From an uncultured Alphaproteobacteria bacterium (GTDB taxonomy: Bacteria > Electryoneota > RPQS01), in NCBI GenBank assembly GCA_964529255.1, contig CAZGVT010000001.1:31403-67917 (forward strand): a stretch of DNA of 36,515 nucleotides, read 5' to 3'. Below, in pieces: positions 31,109 to 36,515 of the stretch. The position numbers were made by a program, and so were the translations under genes. Position 1 is the stretch's first letter. Every line of letters starts with the position of its first letter. Under the pieces are notes generated by a model that ran no database searches, was not told where the DNA came from, and worked only from the letters and a program-made list of their open reading frames with translations.

Positions 31109-31124
31109 ATTCAGGTTTCAAGTT
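31109..31124. repeat. Right arm of the 16-bp perfect inverted repeat
   Basis: ATTCAGGTTTCAAGTT. Confidence 0.8.
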
Positions 31125-31143
31125 GGCGGTTTGCTGTCGGCCG

Positions 31144-32592
31144 TCACATCGCACCTTCGCCTTTGATAACGGCGATAACGGTACGGAGGAGGATGCGGAT
31201 ATCCAGCCAGAGGCTCCAGTTCTCGATGTAATAGAGGTCGTACTCGGTTCGGCCTTCAATCGTGGAGTCGCTGCCGCGGAATCCATTGACCTGTGCCCAG
31301 CCGGTAAGCCCGGATTTTACGCGATGACGGTCAAGATATTGGGGGATATATTGCGAGAATTGTTCGACGAAGTGCGGCCGCTCGGGTCGTGGTCCCACCA
31401 GTGACATGTGCCCGCGAAAGACACTCCAGATTTGCGGCAGTTCATCCAGCGACCAGCGGCGGAAAAAGCCGCCGACTCGCGTGACCCGGGCATCTCCTTT
31501 CACGGCCCATACCGGGCCGCTTTTCATTTCGGCATCGGTGCGCATGGTGCGGAATTTTATGATGTCAAATTCGCGGCCGTCCATTCCGATGCGTTTTTGC
31601 CGGTAGAAAATCGGCTTGCCGCTGTCCAGATAGACAATCGCCGTGAGCAGCGCATACAGCCAACTGAACAGGAGCAGGAAGAGTCCGCTGAAGCCGAAGT
31701 CCAAGAGCCGTTTGACCACGTACCGCCAGCCGCTCATGGGGATCGTTTTCATTCGCAGAATGGGCCGCCCGCCGACTTCCGTCACGCGAATGCGCGAGCG
31801 GGTGATTTCGATGGCCGCGGGGCAGTAGAGCATCTCCACGGCAATGCCTTCGGTGGCTTTGAGCAGCTCGTTCATCTCTTCTTCCTCTCCTGCGGGAGGC
31901 GCCATGACCACAAGGTCCAACGCATGCTCGAATACGAGGCTCTTCAATGCCGACGCTTCACCGAGCGATGCTCCGCCTTCAACCGGAGGTCTTCCGATGG
32001 CACCGACCAGTTCAAACCCCTGCGTCCGGCCGCGTTCAAAATCCTTCCATAGCTTGGCGGCGACCTCACCTTTTCCCCACACCGCGATGCGTTGAACTCC
32101 CACGCCGCGCTTGAACATTGCGATTTGAAGTCTCTGATAGAGCGTGCGGGCAAAGATCAGCGCCGGCATCATGAGCACCAGCGTCATCAGGAAAATCGCC
32201 CGCGAATAGTCGAATTCGCGGAAGAAGAAAATCCCCGCCATCACCACACCCATGGACAGGAGTGAGCCGCGCAGAATCCGCCCGACTTCCTGTTCCAGCG
32301 GGACCAGCAGGCGCGATGCATAACCCTTGTAAGACCAGGATACGACCACGTATACCGTTCCAAGTACCAATCCAAACATCACGTAGCTTCGAATGCTGGG
32401 TTGCCAGTTGGGGGGCAGCCAGGTGTTCATCGGAGTATAGAAACGGATCCAATACGAGAGGATTGCGGCCAGTGTAACGGCGGCCACATCGATGGTGCCG
32501 GCAAAAGTTGGCAGCCAGAACGTGGTCAGGAGTTGGCGTTCGCCCGGCCTGTTCTTCTGTAGATTCGGTTTGTGTGATTTCACTCTGTTCAT
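31144..32592 (-). CDS. Polyprenyl-phosphate glycosyl-1-phosphate (initiating EPS/undecaprenyl-phosphate sugar) transferase
   Basis: N-terminal TM segments. C-terminal bacterial sugar-transferase motifs: IKFRTMRTDAE, RVTRVGGFFRRWSLDELPQIWSV, MSLVGPRPERP, TGWAQVNG, DLYYIENWSLWLD. ATG 32592 preferred; TTG 32622 also possible. Confidence 0.88.
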   Translation of the reverse strand: MNRVKSHKPNLQKNRPGERQLLTTFWLPTFAGTIDVAAVTLAAILSYWIRFYTPMNTWLPPNWQPSIRSYVMFGLVLGTVYVVVSWSYKGYASRLLVPLEQEVGRILRGSLLSMGVVMAGIFFFREFDYSRAIFLMTLVLMMPALIFARTLYQRLQIAMFKRGVGVQRIAVWGKGEVAAKLWKDFERGRTQGFELVGAIGRPPVEGGASLGEASALKSLVFEHALDLVVMAPPAGEEEEMNELLKATEGIAVEMLYCPAAIEITRSRIRVTEVGGRPILRMKTIPMSGWRYVVKRLLDFGFSGLFLLLFSWLYALLTAIVYLDSGKPIFYRQKRIGMDGREFDIIKFRTMRTDAEMKSGPVWAVKGDARVTRVGGFFRRWSLDELPQIWSVFRGHMSLVGPRPERPHFVEQFSQYIPQYLDRHRVKSGLTGWAQVNGFRGSDSTIEGRTEYDLYYIENWSLWLDIRILLRTVIAVIKGEGAM

Positions 32593-32622
32593 GATCTCGC
32601 CCCCGTTCACTGCAGTCAACAA

Positions 32623-33330
32623 CTACTTTCCGGTCTCAAAAATGCGATCATGCAGATCCTTTCCCGTCTCCGGATCCATGCGGGCAACCAATTCATACTG
32701 CAATCTCGCTTCGGAGGCTCGACCGGCCCTTGCATAGGCTACGCAGAGGTTGTACTGCGCGTCCATGTGCTCGGGATTGATTTCCACGCAGTGCCTCAGG
32801 GATTCGATGGCGGCCTCATCATGGCTGAGAAAAGCGAACATGATTCCTTGCCAGTAGTGGGCGTCCGCGAAATCAGGATGGTAGGTAATGGATTCGCTGA
32901 AACAGCGCAACGCTTCGTTGTAGTTTTCGGTCTCCTGGTAGCTCAAACCGAGAAAGTAGTGATAAAAGGCATTCTCCGGTTCGAGCTTGACCGCCGCAGT
33001 GAGCATCTGAATCGAATCCTCGAAGTGCTTCACTTTAGCGAGTATGATGCCGAATTTCGCGTAGGCGTCCGCATGATCGGGAAAGTGAGCGAGATACTCC
33101 TGCCAGGCCTCAACCGACTCGGGCAATTGCCGGTTCATGCCATAGGCGGATGCCAGAAAATAGAGCCATGCGGGTTGTGACGGTTCGAGACGCACGGCCT
33201 TTTCAAGGGCGCTGACGGCTTGGCCGAACTCCTGCTCATGCAGCAGCGCGCGCCCGAGTTCAAACTGTGCCTCGCCGTCTTCCGGGTTTTGATCCGCTAT
33301 CGTTTGCAGTTGCAGGGTGTTTTGGTCCAT
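32623..33330 (-). CDS. TPR-repeat protein
   Basis: About six 34-aa TPR-like units, e.g. AQFELGRALLHEQEFGQAVSALEKAVRLEP and AFYHYFLGLSYQETENYNEALRCFSESITYHP. Confidence 0.8.
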   Translation of the reverse strand: MDQNTLQLQTIADQNPEDGEAQFELGRALLHEQEFGQAVSALEKAVRLEPSQPAWLYFLASAYGMNRQLPESVEAWQEYLAHFPDHADAYAKFGIILAKVKHFEDSIQMLTAAVKLEPENAFYHYFLGLSYQETENYNEALRCFSESITYHPDFADAHYWQGIMFAFLSHDEAAIESLRHCVEINPEHMDAQYNLCVAYARAGRASEARLQYELVARMDPETGKDLHDRIFETGK

Positions 33331-33366
33331 ATTTCAGCTTTGTGTTTCAGCGTGTAGGCCTTTTCT

Positions 33367-34827
33367 TCAGAGCGTCATCTCGTGTTTGCGTTCGAGCGTG
33401 TCAATGGTATGATCGATCACTCTCGCAGGGAACACATCACCGGCCTCGAAGACGTCACGATCTCTGCGGAGCGCGGCGACGACTTCATGAAATCCTTTGG
33501 GAATTCCTACTCGGTTGTTGTTGCCGGCTGACGCTCGCTCGACCTCGGTTTTCTCGATCCACTCGCGCGAGTCTCCGGATTCCCGGGCCGCGCAGATGGT
33601 TTGAGCGATGGCAGCGAGCAGAAGTTGCGGATGGGCGGAGCCGTCGGACAGGCGGAATTCAATGGTTTCGGGCGAGACCAGTCTGCCTTTCTCATCGGTG
33701 GCAACGATGGGCAGCCGCACGAGCGCTTTGCGATTGAATCTTCCCCAAGTTACTGAGCTTGGGGCTTCTTTTGCTTGTGATAATCTCAAGAACGACGTGG
33801 ATTCGCGATTTCCGAAGGCCATCAGCGTTCCGCCGTAGCGAACGAGTCCGGCGATGACGTGGAGTGCGCTGTCGGGAAACTTCGCCTGATCCTCGCCGAT
33901 GCGCAGGTGTCCTTTGGCAAGATAAGGTGAGAAGTGAAAGTGCAGACCGTTGCCGGGATGCCCCTGCTGAACAACGGGATCGAGCGAGAGTCGCATGCCT
34001 TCCCGATACGCGAGATTTCTGAGCACCCAATGGGTGAGGGTGACGGCATGCGCGGCTTTATCGAGAGGGGTCAAACCCATTTCGATTTCGTGTTGCTCCC
34101 AGATGCGCTCTTCCTTTTCGCCTGTGGGAACGTAGCCAACTTCACTGTGACCGTATTTTATGGGAACGCCCATTCCGGATAGTGTGCGGATGGCATCGCG
34201 GCGCACACTCTCGCCGAAGACGAACGGCGCGCTGGCATGATAGCCGCGATCGCTGGCGCCGTAACAATCCTGCTCTTCGGGTTTCTTGCCGAGAAAGTAC
34301 TCGACTTCACCCAATGCGTACAGTTCGAATCCACAAAGTTCTCTCAAACGCGCGTACGCCCGCTGCAGAATCGTATCCGGTGACTCGGGCAGCGGATTTC
34401 CGTTGCGGCCATAGTGACTGCACAGCACGCAGAGCACGGGGCCTTCCGCGAACGGATCCATGAATGCCGATTGCAGATTGGGCCGCAGGACGATATCGGA
34501 CGCTCCGGCGGCGATGCCCATCATTCCGAACAGCGAGGAGCCGTCGGCGCGTTCGCCGCCTTCGAGCACGGCCTGAAAATGTGCCAGATCGCGGGGCGCG
34601 AAATCGAGTGTTTTGAGATGGCCGTCGCCGCCGACGTGCATGAGGGCGATGTGCCGGATGCCGATGGCATTCGCCAGTTCGACGAAATCGCGCGCAGTCC
34701 AGTCGTCGGCGCTCTTTCCCAGCACGCGTTCGAGAAACGATGCGGGCCACTGTGACGGCGGCGCGTAGTTATCGAACTCGTCCGGTGGTTCGATGAAAGG
34801 GGGTATGATGGTTTTCGATTTGGGCAT
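33367..34827 (-). CDS. Glutamine synthetase family protein
   Basis: GEVEYFL, KYGHSEVG...EQHEIE, GNGLHFHFS (GS catalytic-domain motifs), FGNRESTSFLRL. 486 aa. Confidence 0.75.
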   Translation of the reverse strand: MPKSKTIIPPFIEPPDEFDNYAPPSQWPASFLERVLGKSADDWTARDFVELANAIGIRHIALMHVGGDGHLKTLDFAPRDLAHFQAVLEGGERADGSSLFGMMGIAAGASDIVLRPNLQSAFMDPFAEGPVLCVLCSHYGRNGNPLPESPDTILQRAYARLRELCGFELYALGEVEYFLGKKPEEQDCYGASDRGYHASAPFVFGESVRRDAIRTLSGMGVPIKYGHSEVGYVPTGEKEERIWEQHEIEMGLTPLDKAAHAVTLTHWVLRNLAYREGMRLSLDPVVQQGHPGNGLHFHFSPYLAKGHLRIGEDQAKFPDSALHVIAGLVRYGGTLMAFGNRESTSFLRLSQAKEAPSSVTWGRFNRKALVRLPIVATDEKGRLVSPETIEFRLSDGSAHPQLLLAAIAQTICAARESGDSREWIEKTEVERASAGNNNRVGIPKGFHEVVAALRRDRDVFEAGDVFPARVIDHTIDTLERKHEMTL

Positions 34828-34847
34828 GGGTCGGAACTAAAGTGCTC

Positions 34848-35077
34848 TCAGAGTTCACTTAGGAGTTCTGCAACTGATAACTTCAAATGCGCTGATGCCT
34901 CACTCGGAATGCCATGCAATGTTCCTATTCGAAGAATACGGTGCCTGGGTACAGTCAAGTGATGCTGCGGTGGCCCGGCGTGAGTAAACCGCGTATGGCT
35001 GCCGCGCTGGCGGGAGGGTGGTAGCCACGACTTTCCAGTAGTCTCACGAGACGCTGATAACTGACCTCCGGCGTCAT
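34848..35077 (-). pseudogene. hicA: HicA-family toxin gene with a 1-nt frameshift
   Basis: Not in the ORF track. ATG 35077 overlaps the upstream TGA (ATGA). It encodes MTPEVSYQRLVRLLESRGYH.., then the frame changes near the C-run at 35010-35020. The sense continues as ..SRQRGSHTRFTHAGPPQHHLTVPRHRILRIGTLHGIPSEASAHLKLSVAELLSEL* (GSH...PRH...GTL is HicA-like). The span is 230 nt, i.e. 3n+2. Confidence 0.55.
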
Positions 35078-35301
35078 GCGTCTACAAGCACGGTCTGCTC
35101 TTTCATCAGTAGAAGGCGAATGACCTTGGGCCGCTTCTCGTCCTCATCGAAATGACAGATCACGGCATCGCGCGCCATCGCAATGAGTTCGTCCCACGTG
35201 CCTGCTTCCGTGACAATACTCTCGCCCAGCGCTTTCGCCCAATAGCCGCCTTCATCCGCCTCGCGGACTTCAAAAATGATCTCAGTGCCTGTGGACGTCA
35301 T
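35074..35301 (-). CDS. hicB: HicB-like (UPF0150-type) antitoxin
   Basis: EIIFEVREADEGGYWAKALGESIVTEAGTWDELIAMARDAVICHFDE resembles the small HicB-fold proteins. The ATG overlaps the gyrA TGA (ATGA). Confidence 0.55.
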   Translation of the reverse strand: MTSTGTEIIFEVREADEGGYWAKALGESIVTEAGTWDELIAMARDAVICHFDEDEKRPKVIRLLLMKEQTVLVDA

Positions 35302-36515
35302 GCTCCATCCTCTCCATTCTCTTCGATCATCCCGCCGTTTTCCTCATCTTCTTTGACGACTTTTCCGACGGCGCTCACTTTGTCGCCTGCATCGAGCTTG
35401 ATCAAGCGCACTCCTTGCGTCACGCGGCCCATTTCGCGGATATCGGCCATGGACTGACGAATGACGACGCCGCTGGTGGTGATGATGATCAGGTCGTCGT
35501 TTTCGCCGACCTCTTTCATCGCGATGAGTTGGCCGGTTTTCGGAGTCGTCTTGATCGTCAACACTCCCTGCGCGCCGCGCTTGGTCATGCGATAATCCTC
35601 ACTGGCCACGCGTTTCCCGTAACCGAGTTCGCTGATCGCCAGAATGCTCGCGTTTTCATGCGCGACGATCATGCCGATGGCGCGAGCGCCCGCTTTGAGC
35701 ATAATGCCGCGCACACCGGTGGCATTTCTTCCCATCGCCCGCACGTCGCTTTCCGAGAAGCGCACGGCTTTGCCCTCGCTGGTGCCGATGATCACTTCAT
35801 TGCTGCCGTTGGTGATCGCGGCCTCGATCAATTCATCATCGTCTTCAATGTTGATGGCGATGATGCCCGTCGATCGTGGATTCGAGAACCCCGACAGCGC
35901 GGTTTTCTTTACGGTTCCGTTTTTCGTACACATCAGCACATACTTGTCATCGGCGAACTCCTTCACCGTAACGAAGGCCCGCACGTTCTCCTCGGCAGTG
36001 CGCTCGATCAGATTCACCAGCGCCTTGCCGCGTGTGCCGCGTCCCAAGGATGGAATCTGATGCACTTTCAGCCAATAGCACTTGCCCTTGTCGGTGAAGA
36101 AGAGAATGTAATCGTGCGTGGAAGCGATGAATAGGTGCTCAATGAAGTCATCGTCCTTCGTGCTGGCGCCCTGCACGCCGCGTCCGCCGCGGCCCTGCTT
36201 CTTGAAACCCGAAACCGGGAAGCGTTTGATGTAGCCCGAATGGGAAATGGTGACCACCATGTCTTCCGGCGCGATCAGGTCTTCGATGGAGATTTCGGTT
36301 GTATCCTCGACGACTTCCGTGCGGCGGGCGTCACCGAATTTGTCGCGAATCTCTTCAAGCTCTTTCTTGATCAGATTCATTCGCAGCTCTTTCGATTCGG
36401 AAAGCGCGGTCAATTCGGCCAGCGTCGCCCTCAACGCTTTAATTTCGTCAGCGAGTTTCTGTCGCTCGAGTCCGGTCAAACGCGCGAGACGCATGTCGAG
36501 AATCGCCTTGGCCTG
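35298..36515 (-). CDS. gyrA: DNA gyrase subunit A, C-terminal part (5' end off-window)
   Basis: The frame is open to the window edge (QAKAILDMRLARLTGLE...). GyrA-box QGRGGRG. Beta-pinwheel repeats. Acidic tail EDEENGGMIEENGEDGA. Confidence 0.92.
   Translation of the reverse strand, partial: QAKAILDMRLARLTGLERQKLADEIKALRATLAELTALSESKELRMNLIKKELEEIRDKFGDARRTEVVEDTTEISIEDLIAPEDMVVTISHSGYIKRFPVSGFKKQGRGGRGVQGASTKDDDFIEHLFIASTHDYILFFTDKGKCYWLKVHQIPSLGRGTRGKALVNLIERTAEENVRAFVTVKEFADDKYVLMCTKNGTVKKTALSGFSNPRSTGIIAINIEDDDELIEAAITNGSNEVIIGTSEGKAVRFSESDVRAMGRNATGVRGIMLKAGARAIGMIVAHENASILAISELGYGKRVASEDYRMTKRGAQGVLTIKTTPKTGQLIAMKEVGENDDLIIITTSGVVIRQSMADIREMGRVTQGVRLIKLDAGDKVSAVGKVVKEDEENGGMIEENGEDGA

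Noticed and set aside
31408-32052. 214-aa plus-strand ORF, and similar ones in 31123-32737, 33267-34755 and 35415-36134
   Set aside because: They are antisense to the sugar transferase, TPR, glutamine-synthetase-like and gyrA genes, all recognised by strong motifs.
34318-34336. GTTCGAATCC string resembling a tRNA T-arm
   Set aside because: No acceptor, D or anticodon stems can be drawn around it, and it lies inside the conserved glutamine-synthetase-like CDS.

Overview
GC-rich bacterial chromosomal segment. It is probably from an uncultured FCB-superphylum lineage, inferred only from five proteins ending in T9SS type-A / FlgD-Ig-like C-terminal sorting domains (...YPNPFN...GIYFAR...LLK). No rRNA, tRNA, CRISPR array, transposase or integrase was seen.

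Positions ~1-29.7 kb are mostly a secreted/surface-protein island:
(i) Four tandem, translationally linked paralogs of signal-peptide-bearing fibre proteins. Each has GGxxNxA beta-roll repeats and a C-terminal peptidase-S74 self-cleaving chaperone domain ('tail-fiber domain' proteins) in a non-phage context.
(ii) A 1124-aa Cys-rich protein built from two alternating ~140-aa PPC-like module types.
(iii) The most unusual item: a repeated two-gene cassette. A ~140-aa mature, 20-22-Cys secreted protein has its stop overlapping the start of a ~530-aa right-handed beta-helix protein with a T9SS sorting domain. It occurs as two tandem copies (13.4-17.9 kb), one dispersed copy (27.6-29.7 kb) with a homologous promoter/leader, and apparently a fourth copy (22.1-24.3 kb) whose small gene has decayed.
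(iv) A minus-strand string of ferredoxin, a 1027-aa T9SS repeat protein, a YHS-domain protein and a barrel-like ORF. The last two are joined in frame across TGA-ACG-GGT-TGA.

Interspersed and to the right are housekeeping genes: H1-like/SWIB protein, DUF486 DMT protein, fused pabB-pabC, rex, polyprenyl-phosphate sugar transferase, TPR protein, glutamine-synthetase-like protein and the gyrA 3' part. There is also an inverted-repeat-flanked decayed four-helix-bundle gene, and a hicB/hicA-like pair chained to gyrA by 4-nt overlaps, with hicA frameshifted.

All functional calls rest on motif recognition by eye. No database search was run.
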